From: Alphaproteobacteria bacterium
GTDB taxonomy: Bacteria; Pseudomonadota; Alphaproteobacteria; Rickettsiales; SXRF01
Assembly (NCBI GenBank): GCA_020049775.1
Contig: JAGVLO010000013.1
Coordinates: forward strand, 37,256-101,255
Direction: 5' to 3'
Length of the DNA stretch: 64,000 nucleotides
A program made the translations under genes and the position numbers. Under the pieces are notes generated by a model. It did not search any database and was not told where the DNA came from. It saw only the letters and a program-made list of their open reading frames with translations. Shown here in pieces: positions 1 through 6,713 of the stretch; the stretch's first letter is position 1; every line of letters begins with the position of its first letter.

Positions 1-311
1 TCTGTTGATGTGTCCCACAGCGTATGCACTCGCTCAATCAGCGCCTGTGCCGTATCAGGCGGCATCAGCGACGGTGTGCCACCGCCAAAAAAAATACTGG
101 TCACGCGCCGCCCCTGCACATGGCGGGCCATGGTCTCCAGTTCAGCCAGAAGCGCTGCTTTCCAATCATGCTGGCTTATGTTTTCACGCACATGGCTGTT
201 GAAATCGCAATACGGGCATTTCGACTTGCAGAACGGCCAGTGGATATAGACCGCTAAATTCTTGGCCGCCAGATTTTGGGCTAAATTATGAGCTGTATCA
301 TGTTTGGGCAT
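1..311 (-). CDS. hemW: Radical-SAM heme chaperone HemW/HemN-like, N-terminal part (gene runs off left edge)
   Basis: Absent from the ORF track because it is truncated. Reverse translation from ATG (complement of 309-311) reads MPKHDTAHNLAQNLAAKNLAVYIHWPFCKSKCPYCDFNSH...SIFFGGGTPS. This shows the CxxxCxxC radical-SAM motif and the GGGTPS motif. Confidence 0.75.
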   Translation of the reverse strand, partial: MPKHDTAHNLAQNLAAKNLAVYIHWPFCKSKCPYCDFNSHVRENISQHDWKAALLAELETMARHVQGRRVTSIFFGGGTPSLMPPDTAQALIERVHTLWDTST

Positions 312-366
312 AGATTTTTTCAATAGCAGCTTTTATATTCAGCCAACATCACTAAAAGCGTAACAT

Positions 367-1215
367 ATGAAACTATCCGCCAAAGATCAGGAAGCCATCG
401 TCAGCCTGCTGACCCGCATCTATATGGATATCCTCGCAATTGAAGAGGAATATCAGTTATTTGTGGGCGACGGCGACTTCCGGCCGCGCATCGAATATTT
501 CCACGACGCCGTGCGTGCCTTTACCTCCGGCGATGATAGCGCCGAGGGCAATGCAAGGCTGGCTGTGGAATTGCTGGCCTATGACCTGAGCTGCCTGCGC
601 TATATTCAGGAAATGCCACTTTCGCCCTTCAAGCCGCATGGCGGCATCATGTCACCACGCACCGACATCATGACAGCAGGGCCGGGCGTTCTTGCGCCAC
701 CCAAGCGCCCGGGCCGCGACACGCGCCAGCGCTTATGCGATCTGTACGAGCATTATGCCGTACTCTATGCCGCCCTGCTCAAACCCTTTGCCGACAAGGA
801 CTTCCACGCCCGCCTCGAGGATTTGAATCAGGACGTGCAGGATTTAAGCGCGCTTGCGCACCAGATGGAAGCGCTCGCCGACGGCAAAGGCTCGATTGAA
901 GCCATTACCGCCGCCATCCAGCATCTCGAGGACGGAGACCTACGGCAAGCGTTGCTCGCATTCCTGCAGCAGCAGAAACACAAGCATAAAGACAATGTCA
1001 AAAAACTGGTGACCTTCCTCAAGCAGCAGGTTAAAGGCAAGGATGGCCAGATTGCCAGTATCGAGTCCGCCCATATGAATTACTCGCTTAACCAATTGGG
1101 AATATTCGAAAATTCAAAGGATATGCTCAAGAAAATGGCTATGCAGGGTACCAATCTGGTGGGCAAATTCGTAGAAGCCTCGCTGGCCGAAACCCGCCGC
1201 GAAATCGGCCGTTAG
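367..1215 (+). CDS. Hypothetical protein (282 aa)
   Basis: Complete ORF with host-like composition and no competing ORF. No motif I recognise. Confidence 0.5.
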   Translation: MKLSAKDQEAIVSLLTRIYMDILAIEEEYQLFVGDGDFRPRIEYFHDAVRAFTSGDDSAEGNARLAVELLAYDLSCLRYIQEMPLSPFKPHGGIMSPRTDIMTAGPGVLAPPKRPGRDTRQRLCDLYEHYAVLYAALLKPFADKDFHARLEDLNQDVQDLSALAHQMEALADGKGSIEAITAAIQHLEDGDLRQALLAFLQQQKHKHKDNVKKLVTFLKQQVKGKDGQIASIESAHMNYSLNQLGIFENSKDMLKKMAMQGTNLVGKFVEASLAETRREIGR

Positions 1216-1289
1216 AAGCTAAACTTGCGGTAAACCCTGTATTTTGCTAGATTCCCGCGCAGATAAGCATCCTTAGCCAGTTTTTCACT

Positions 1290-1961
1290 ATGAAAATATT
1301 GCTGATAGAAGACGACAAGGAATCCGCCAAATACCTGAGCAAGGGCCTGCGCGAGCAAGGCTATGTGGTGGACCATTGCGATAACGGCAAGGACGGCTTG
1401 TTCATGGCCGCTTCCGAGAAATATGACGCCATGATTATCGACCGCATGGTGCCGGAAATTGACGGTGTCACCATCATCCAGACGCTGCGCGCATCGGGCA
1501 ACGAAACGCCGATGATTATCCTCACCGCCCTCGACAAGGTGGAAGAGCGCGTCAAGGGCCTGAAAGCCGGCGCTGACGATTATCTCGCCAAACCCTATTC
1601 CTTCACCGAGCTGCTGGCGCGCCTTGAAGCCATCACCCGCCGCAAATCCGGCGAAAAAGCGGTGACCAAACTTTCCTGCGGCGATCTGGAAATGGATTTA
1701 CTCACCCGCATGGTCAAGCGCTCGGGCAAGGAAATTGAATTGCAGGCGCGCGAATTCGCCCTGCTGGAATATCTGATGCGCAATTGCGGCACGGTCGTTA
1801 CCCGCACCATGCTGCTCGAACATGTATGGGATTATAATTTCGACCCGCAGACCAACGTGATTGACGTGCATATCTCACGCCTGCGCAACAAAATCGACAA
1901 AGGCTTCGAAAAAACCCTGATACAGACATTGCGCGGTGCCGGTTACAAGCTGGCGGCTTAA
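1290..1961 (+). CDS. OmpR/PhoB-family response regulator
   Basis: Receiver domain (LLIEDD, MIIDRMVP, KPY) plus winged-helix C-terminus (VIDVHISRLRNKID...RGAGYKL). Confidence 0.85.
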   Translation: MKILLIEDDKESAKYLSKGLREQGYVVDHCDNGKDGLFMAASEKYDAMIIDRMVPEIDGVTIIQTLRASGNETPMIILTALDKVEERVKGLKAGADDYLAKPYSFTELLARLEAITRRKSGEKAVTKLSCGDLEMDLLTRMVKRSGKEIELQAREFALLEYLMRNCGTVVTRTMLLEHVWDYNFDPQTNVIDVHISRLRNKIDKGFEKTLIQTLRGAGYKLAA

Positions 1962-1971
1962 AAGTCGGAAA

Positions 1972-3420
1972 ATGATAAACCTCACCGAATACCTGTCCAC
2001 AGCCAGTTCCAAGCTGGCGCTGATTATCAAGACCTTCACTTTCCGCCTCGCGCTGGTGTATGTGGGTCTGTTCAGCCTATCGGTTATCTTGCTGTTTGCC
2101 TTCATCTACACCTTTGCCATGAATTATTTGCAGCAGCAGATAACCGATTCCGTGCGCAAGCAATATACCTACATCCTCGGTGACTACCGCGACGGCGGCA
2201 CCGACGCTGTGGAAGAACGCATCAAGGAGCTGGTGGCCGAAGATGACGGCACCGCCGTGTACCTGCTGGTGAACCGCGAATATGAGAAGCTTGCAGGCAA
2301 CCTGAATGAGTGGCCCGCCGGCGCCAGCAAGGAAGGGGCATTTGACAAGGAAGGCTCGTGGGTGCGCTTCCATATCGAAGGCACACGCGCCAACCCCCAA
2401 GGCATCGCAGTACGCGCCATTATGGTACCGCTATCGAAATGGCGCTTCCTGTTGATCGGGCGAAGCCTGCAAAATAACGAGCGCATCGAACAAACGGTAA
2501 TCCAGACCTTCTGGGCCAGCCTTATCCTGACTTTGTTCATGGCCTTTATCGGCGCCATCGTCATGACACGAAGCGTAATGAAGCGTATCAACGTCATTAA
2601 CCGCTCGGCAGGAACGATTATGCATGGCAACCTTTCCGTGCGTATTCCCTTTACCAAGGGCGGCGACGAGTTCGACGAACTTTCCTCCAACCTGAATCAA
2701 ATGCTGGACAAAATCGAAAGCCTGCTGGCGTCGCTTTCGCACTTCGCCAACAATATCGCACACGACTTACGAAGCCCGCTCAACCGCATCATCAACCGCC
2801 TGGATGCCGGCATGCGCACCATCGAAAACAGCAACCCCGCGCGCAAGCTACTCGATAAAAACATCGAAGACATGCAGGAGCTGATAGGCACGTTTAATTC
2901 CATCCTCAAAATTTCCGAACTCGAGGCCAACACCGATTTCCGCCAGTTCGAAACCTGTGACGCCCGCAAGCTGATTGACAAACTGGTGGATTTTTATGAA
3001 CCCTATGCTGCGGAAAAAAATATCACGCTAACAAACACAATTATCGATCCGGTAATTGTGAAGGGCGAGAAAAACCTGTTGACGCAAGCCTTCGCCAATT
3101 TGATTGATAACGCCATAAAATTCACCACCAGCGGCGGCGCTATTGCCGTTTCCAGCGAAACAGACGGCGGCAGGCGCAGTATCGTAATTTCCGACAACGG
3201 CCCGGGTATCGCCAGAGAATACCACGACAAGGTATTTGAGAAATTCTTCCGCTTAGAGGGTAGCCGCAATACACGTGGCAACGGGCTTGGCCTCAGTCTG
3301 GTTGCCGCCGTCATTGATATCCACAACGCCATCATCACGCTGGAAGACAACCAGCCTGGCCTGAAGGTGCGCATCAGCTTTCCTGCCGCCGAAACCATCG
3401 CCTATAGCACTGCCGCTTGA
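1972..3420 (+). CDS. Sensor histidine kinase (TM-periplasmic-TM, HAMP, HisKA, HATPase)
   Basis: H-box FANNIAHDLRSPLN, N box IDNAIKFT, G boxes DNGPGI and GNGLGLSL. Start moved from ORF-track 1936 to ATG 1972, which lies just after the regulator stop. Confidence 0.8.
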   Translation: MINLTEYLSTASSKLALIIKTFTFRLALVYVGLFSLSVILLFAFIYTFAMNYLQQQITDSVRKQYTYILGDYRDGGTDAVEERIKELVAEDDGTAVYLLVNREYEKLAGNLNEWPAGASKEGAFDKEGSWVRFHIEGTRANPQGIAVRAIMVPLSKWRFLLIGRSLQNNERIEQTVIQTFWASLILTLFMAFIGAIVMTRSVMKRINVINRSAGTIMHGNLSVRIPFTKGGDEFDELSSNLNQMLDKIESLLASLSHFANNIAHDLRSPLNRIINRLDAGMRTIENSNPARKLLDKNIEDMQELIGTFNSILKISELEANTDFRQFETCDARKLIDKLVDFYEPYAAEKNITLTNTIIDPVIVKGEKNLLTQAFANLIDNAIKFTTSGGAIAVSSETDGGRRSIVISDNGPGIAREYHDKVFEKFFRLEGSRNTRGNGLGLSLVAAVIDIHNAIITLEDNQPGLKVRISFPAAETIAYSTAA

Positions 3421-3433
3421 TATTGGCGCAGCA

Positions 3434-3485
3434 GGGGTCTAATGATGAAGGCATCATATTGATACAATAATACCAAGGAGACCCC
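3434..3485 (+). promoter_or_regulatory. Nested inverted repeats in the bdhA 5' leader that occlude the SD-to-AUG spacer
   Basis: GGGGTCT (3434-3440) is complementary to AGACCCC (3479-3485, ending at the ATG at 3486). The inner hairpin is ATGATG (3442-3447) with CATCAT (3452-3457). The SD AAGGAG is at 3475-3480. Confidence 0.3.
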
Positions 3486-4268
3486 ATGATCAGAGGAAAA
3501 AACGCCATCGTCACCGGCTCCACCAGCGGTATCGGGCTTGCCATTGCACATTGCCTGGCCGCAGAAGGCTGCAATATCCTGCTCAACGGTTTTGCCGATA
3601 AAGCAGCCATTGGCGCACTGGTCAATGAGTTCCAGCAAAAATACAAGGTACGCGCCGACTATTCCCCCGCCGACATGACCAAGCCCGCCGAGATTGCCGA
3701 AATGGTAGCCATGGGCGAGCGCGTACTGGGCAGCGTGGACATACTGGTCAATAATGCCGGTATCCAGTTCACCTCGCCACTAGACGAATTCCCCAACGAT
3801 AAATGGGACGCTATCATCGCCATCAATCTTTCGGCCTGCTTTCATTCTACCAAAGCGGTGCTTTCCGGCATGAAGAAGCGCGGCTTCGGACGCATTGTCA
3901 ATATCGCGTCGGTGCATGGGCTGGTCGGCTCCGCCAACAAGGGCGCCTATGTCGCCGCCAAGCACGGGCTGGTCGGCCTGACCAAAGTCACGGCACTGGA
4001 AAACGCCACCGCCGACATCACTTGCAACGCCATCTGCCCAGGCTGGGTGCATACACCGCTGGTGCAAAAGCAGATTGATGACAAGGCCGCTGCTGAAAAT
4101 ATTTCGCCCGAGGAGGCGACTAACCGCTTGCTCGGTGAAAAACAACCTAACCGCAAATTCATCCATGCCGAACAAATAGGCGCATTGATTGTGTTTTTGT
4201 GCGGCGATAACGGCAGCGCCATGACCGGCGAAATCATGACGGTCGATGGCGGCTGGACAGCACAATGA
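3486..4268 (+). CDS. bdhA: Short-chain dehydrogenase, probable D-3-hydroxybutyrate dehydrogenase
   Basis: TGSTSGIG cofactor motif, NNAG, and catalytic YVAAKHG (YxxxK). Length and overall pattern are typical of BdhA. Confidence 0.7.
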   Translation: MIRGKNAIVTGSTSGIGLAIAHCLAAEGCNILLNGFADKAAIGALVNEFQQKYKVRADYSPADMTKPAEIAEMVAMGERVLGSVDILVNNAGIQFTSPLDEFPNDKWDAIIAINLSACFHSTKAVLSGMKKRGFGRIVNIASVHGLVGSANKGAYVAAKHGLVGLTKVTALENATADITCNAICPGWVHTPLVQKQIDDKAAAENISPEEATNRLLGEKQPNRKFIHAEQIGALIVFLCGDNGSAMTGEIMTVDGGWTAQ

Positions 4269-5371
4269 CCCGCCCAAAAATGACACGGGCTAAAACCACG
4301 GCAAAAACAAAAGTTATCAACCTCGCACTGCAAGGTGGCGGCGCACATGGTGCTTACACATGGGGTGTACTCGACCGCCTTCTGGAAGAAGAAAATCTCG
4401 TTATCGAGGGTATCAGCGGCACTAGCGCCGGTGCCATGAATGCCGCCATGCTGATTAACGGCTACATGAAAAACGGCCGCGACGGTGCGCGCGACGAGTT
4501 GGCCCATTTCTGGAAGCGCATCAGCGAAACCGCTGCTTACAGCCCTCTGCATAAAAACGTGTTGGAGCGCATGCTCACCGGCTGGAACATGGACCATTCC
4601 CCCGCCTACCACATGTTCGACATGCTGAGCCGCATCTTCTCGCCGTACGAGTTCAACCCGCTGAATATCAATCCCATGAAATATATCCTCGAGGATATGA
4701 TTGACCATGATGCCATGCAGTCATGCAGCGTCATCAAGCTGTTTATTGCCGCCACCCATGTCGCTAGCGGACAGGCACGCATTTTCAAATGCGATGAAAT
4801 CACCACCGACGTATTGCTGGCCTCGGCCTGCATTCCTTTCATGTTTCAGGCGGTGCAAATAGAAGGCGATCATTACTGGGACGGGGGCTATATGGGCAAT
4901 CCCGCCATCTGGCCACTTATTTATAACTGCAACTCAAAAGACATCGTGCTGGTGCAGATCAACCCCATCCATGATGATCGCCTGCCAAAAACCGCAGGAG
5001 AAATCATCAACCGCTTAAACGAGATCTCGTTCAACTCCAGCCTGATTGCCGAAATGCGCGCCATCCATTTTGTCACGCGCCTGATTGAAGACGGCAACCT
5101 CGATGAAAAGAAATATAAAAAGCTCAATATGCACCTGATTTATTCCGCCAGTGAGATGCACCACCTCAACGCATCAAGCAAAATGAATGCTGACTGGGAT
5201 TTTTTCCAGCACCTGAAGGAAATCGGCCGCAGGGATGCAGAAAACTGGTTAAAGGCGCACTGGAATGACATTGGCAACAAATCCAGCCTTGATATACGGG
5301 ATAAATTCTTCGGTGGCCCTGCACGCGCCAAAGCAGATGGCAAAAACGCCAAGGCTAAAAAAGCAAAATAA
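4265..5371 (+). CDS. Patatin-like phospholipase
   Basis: GGGAHG glycine-rich motif, GTSAG nucleophile elbow, and DGGY catalytic Asp motif. Start overlaps the bdhA stop (ATGA). Confidence 0.8.
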   Translation: MTRPKMTRAKTTAKTKVINLALQGGGAHGAYTWGVLDRLLEEENLVIEGISGTSAGAMNAAMLINGYMKNGRDGARDELAHFWKRISETAAYSPLHKNVLERMLTGWNMDHSPAYHMFDMLSRIFSPYEFNPLNINPMKYILEDMIDHDAMQSCSVIKLFIAATHVASGQARIFKCDEITTDVLLASACIPFMFQAVQIEGDHYWDGGYMGNPAIWPLIYNCNSKDIVLVQINPIHDDRLPKTAGEIINRLNEISFNSSLIAEMRAIHFVTRLIEDGNLDEKKYKKLNMHLIYSASEMHHLNASSKMNADWDFFQHLKEIGRRDAENWLKAHWNDIGNKSSLDIRDKFFGGPARAKADGKNAKAKKAK

Positions 5372-5391
5372 AATTCTTATAGAGTGCTGGG

Positions 5392-5435
5392 AGAGAAAAG
5401 CGCAGCCGCCTGTCCCGGTTGGGACAGACGACTGC
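5392..5435 (-). terminator. Rho-independent terminator of cassette A1
   Basis: Minus-sense RNA is GCAGUCGUCUGUCCC-AACC-GGGACAGGCGGCUGC followed by GCUUUUCUCUCCC. The stem is 15 bp with two G-U wobbles that would be C-A mismatches on the plus strand. Confidence 0.8.
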
Positions 5436-5453
5436 TAGGTTGGTGTTGACTGA

Positions 5454-5822
5454 TCAATCGAGGTACGAGCCCGGGGCCTTCTTGAGGGGCACCGGGTTCG
5501 GCTTGTCCTCGACCTTCGTCGGGGCCGACTTGTTGGTCGGGGTCTTCTTACCCTTGCTGCTCATGGCGGCGAAGGTGAAGGTGACCACGATCACGATCAG
5601 CACCCACACCCAGAAGCGCTTCAGCAGCGGCTTCTTGGTGGTGGTGGGCTTGTCGGCCGGCTTGTTGTCGCCGCCGATGATCGTGATGATCGTGCCCTTG
5701 ACGAAGCTGGTCCCGTCGGGAACCATGACCTCGTCGCCGACCGCCTTGCTGCTCTCGACCTCCATCTCGATGATGGACTTGTCGGTCAGCTTGCGGACGA
5801 TCGCGTTCTTCTTGCTCGACAT
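5454..5822 (-). CDS. Orphan single-pass membrane protein A1 (122 aa), GC3-saturated
   Basis: ATG at 5822 lies 8 nt after SD GGAGG (5831-5835). 119 of 122 sense codons end in G/C by direct reading. Sequence: MSSKKNAIVRKLTDKSIIEMEVESS...FWVWVLIVIVVTFTFAAM, then a Lys/Pro-rich tail. N-terminus is homologous to A2. Confidence 0.8.
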   Translation of the reverse strand: MSSKKNAIVRKLTDKSIIEMEVESSKAVGDEVMVPDGTSFVKGTIITIIGGDNKPADKPTTTKKPLLKRFWVWVLIVIVVTFTFAAMSSKGKKTPTNKSAPTKVEDKPNPVPLKKAPGSYLD

Positions 5823-5980
5823 CGGAAACACCTCCGAAAAAGGCAGGTAAACCTTGCCTACTGGATACAGATCGGGCGAAATTGCCAGACCTGTGTAGGA
5901 AAGGCACTGCCTTCGTCTGATAGTCTCGCCGCACCTAGTGTATAGGGGGGAGAACAAATCACCCTTATTTTAGCACGGAA
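5823..5980 (-). promoter_or_regulatory. Conserved structured 5' leader, family A copy 1 (possible riboregulator plus promoter -10 TAAAAT)
   Basis: Aligns with 6472-6632 over about 150 nt. The long-range helix CGAAGGCAG (5907-5915) / CTGCCTTTTTCG (5835-5846) covaries with copy 2. An alternative hairpin GGCAAGGTTTACCTGCC followed by TTTTT lies just before the SD. Confidence 0.65.
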
Positions 5981-6078
5981 ATCTTTAGAAATTGTGACTG
6001 ATTTGTTAACTTTTATACGGTCATATGACAGCTATATGAATATAATGCGCTGTTTTTTATGATTTTATATGGGAAACG

Positions 6079-6123
6079 GAAAAAAGCGCAGCCATCTGTC
6101 CCGGTTAGGGGACAGACGGCCGC
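6079..6123 (-). terminator. Rho-independent terminator of cassette A2
   Basis: Minus-sense RNA is GCGGCCGUCUGUCCC-CUAACC-GGGACAGAUGGCUGC followed by GCUUUUUUCC. Differences from the A1 stem keep pairing through G-U or Watson-Crick exchange. Confidence 0.8.
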
Positions 6124-6150
6124 TAGGTTAGCGGTGTTGTTGTTCGGCGA

Positions 6151-6471
6151 TCACTTGAGGATCACGCCGAGCAGCATGAACACCCACGTCACGAGGATGA
6201 ACCCCGCGATGTAGTGGTACCAGCGCCACTTGGAGAAGTAGCCCTTGACGGACGCCCACTTCTCGCTGAGCTTGCTGGTGATGTTGCTGCCGTTGTCCGT
6301 CGTGCCGTCGTTGACGATCGCGAAGACCTTGACCTTCGTGAAGCGCCCCTCCTCGCCGTTGACGGGGAGGAAGTGGTCGTCGCCCGCCTTCAGGTTGGAG
6401 GGGACCTCCATCTCCTTCAGCGTGCCGTCGTCCATCTTCACGACCGCGGACACCATCTTGTTGCTCGACAT
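6151..6471 (-). CDS. Orphan tail-anchored membrane protein A2 (106 aa), GC3-saturated
   Basis: ATG at 6471 lies 8 nt after SD GGGAGG (6480-6485). Every one of the 106 sense codons ends in G/C. Sequence: MSSNKMVSAVVKMDDGTLKEMEVPSN...YIAGFILVTWVFMLLGVILK. Confidence 0.8.
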   Translation of the reverse strand: MSSNKMVSAVVKMDDGTLKEMEVPSNLKAGDDHFLPVNGEEGRFTKVKVFAIVNDGTTDNGSNITSKLSEKWASVKGYFSKWRWYHYIAGFILVTWVFMLLGVILK

Positions 6472-6632
6472 CGGAAACACCTCCCGATTAAGGCCTGGAT
6501 ACACCTTGCCTACAGAAACAGATCGGGCGAAATTGCCTGACCTGTGTAGGAAAGGCACCTGCCTTAATCTGATAGTCTCGCCGCACCTAGTGTATAGGGG
6601 GGAGAACAAATCACCCTAATTTTATCACGGGA
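6472..6632 (-). promoter_or_regulatory. Conserved structured 5' leader, family A copy 2
   Basis: Near-identical to 5823-5980 in its 5' two thirds. Perfect 9-bp long-range complement GATTAAGGC (6561-6569) / GCCTTAATC (6486-6494) abuts the SD. Confidence 0.65.
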
Positions 6633-6713
6633 AGCGTAAGCGTATTGTTAAGTATCTGTTAAAATTTATCTATTTTAGAGGGCAGCTGGCCAAACCAACC
6701 AATTGTTATTGCT

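Larger units (their letters stand above)
5392..6632 (-). repeat. Locus A: tandem pair of leader-CDS-terminator cassette units (unit 1 5392-5980, unit 2 6079-6632)
   Basis: Leader and 3' hairpin are nearly identical between units. The CDS are divergent and GC3-saturated. An AT-rich spacer lies at 5981-6078. Confidence 0.85.

Noticed and set aside
5454-5957. ORF-track extended reading frames 5454-5957 (167 aa) and 6151-6609 (152 aa), which begin MFSPLYTRCGETIR at a TTG and would make the conserved leader an N-terminal extension.
   Set aside because: The two copies are conserved at the nucleotide level, but a 1-nt indel shifts the frame across that stretch (..SYTGLAISPDLYP.. against ..FLHRSGNFARSVS..). 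The GC3 saturation begins only at the internal ATG, and a strong SD lies 8 nt upstream of that ATG in both copies.
5823-5980. Assignment of the family-A leader to a known riboswitch. Fragments such as AGGUGCGGCGAGA and CAGGUCUGGCAAU vaguely recall TPP or guanidine-III elements.
   Set aside because: The order and spacing of the conserved nucleotides do not fit those consensus structures (no CUGAGA or ACCUGAUCUGGAUAAUGCCAGCG core, no guanidine-III pseudoknot). The resemblance is too weak to claim, so an Rfam scan is needed.
5981-6078. A shared TCATATAG..TCATAT motif in the inter-unit spacers of locus A (5981-6078) and locus B (34614-34693), considered as a possible common operator.
   Set aside because: It is a single short AT-rich match in AT-rich DNA and is absent upstream of the distal units (A2, B2). 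It could easily arise by chance.
5419-6619. Shadow and alternative-frame ORFs inside locus A (5419-5850 +, 5548-5934 -, 6214-6540 +, 6245-6619 +).
   Set aside because: These are typical high-GC shadow frames. They have no SD, they run through the terminator or leader, and only the chosen minus-strand frame puts G/C at nearly every third position and is supported by paralogue homology.
5392-6632. The idea that the cassettes are integron gene cassettes, with the 3' hairpins acting as attC sites.
   Set aside because: There are no RYYYAAC/GTTRRRY core sites at the hairpin ends. No intI gene or attI is nearby. Each unit has its own leader and SD plus a U-tract after the hairpin, which fits a terminator better than attC.
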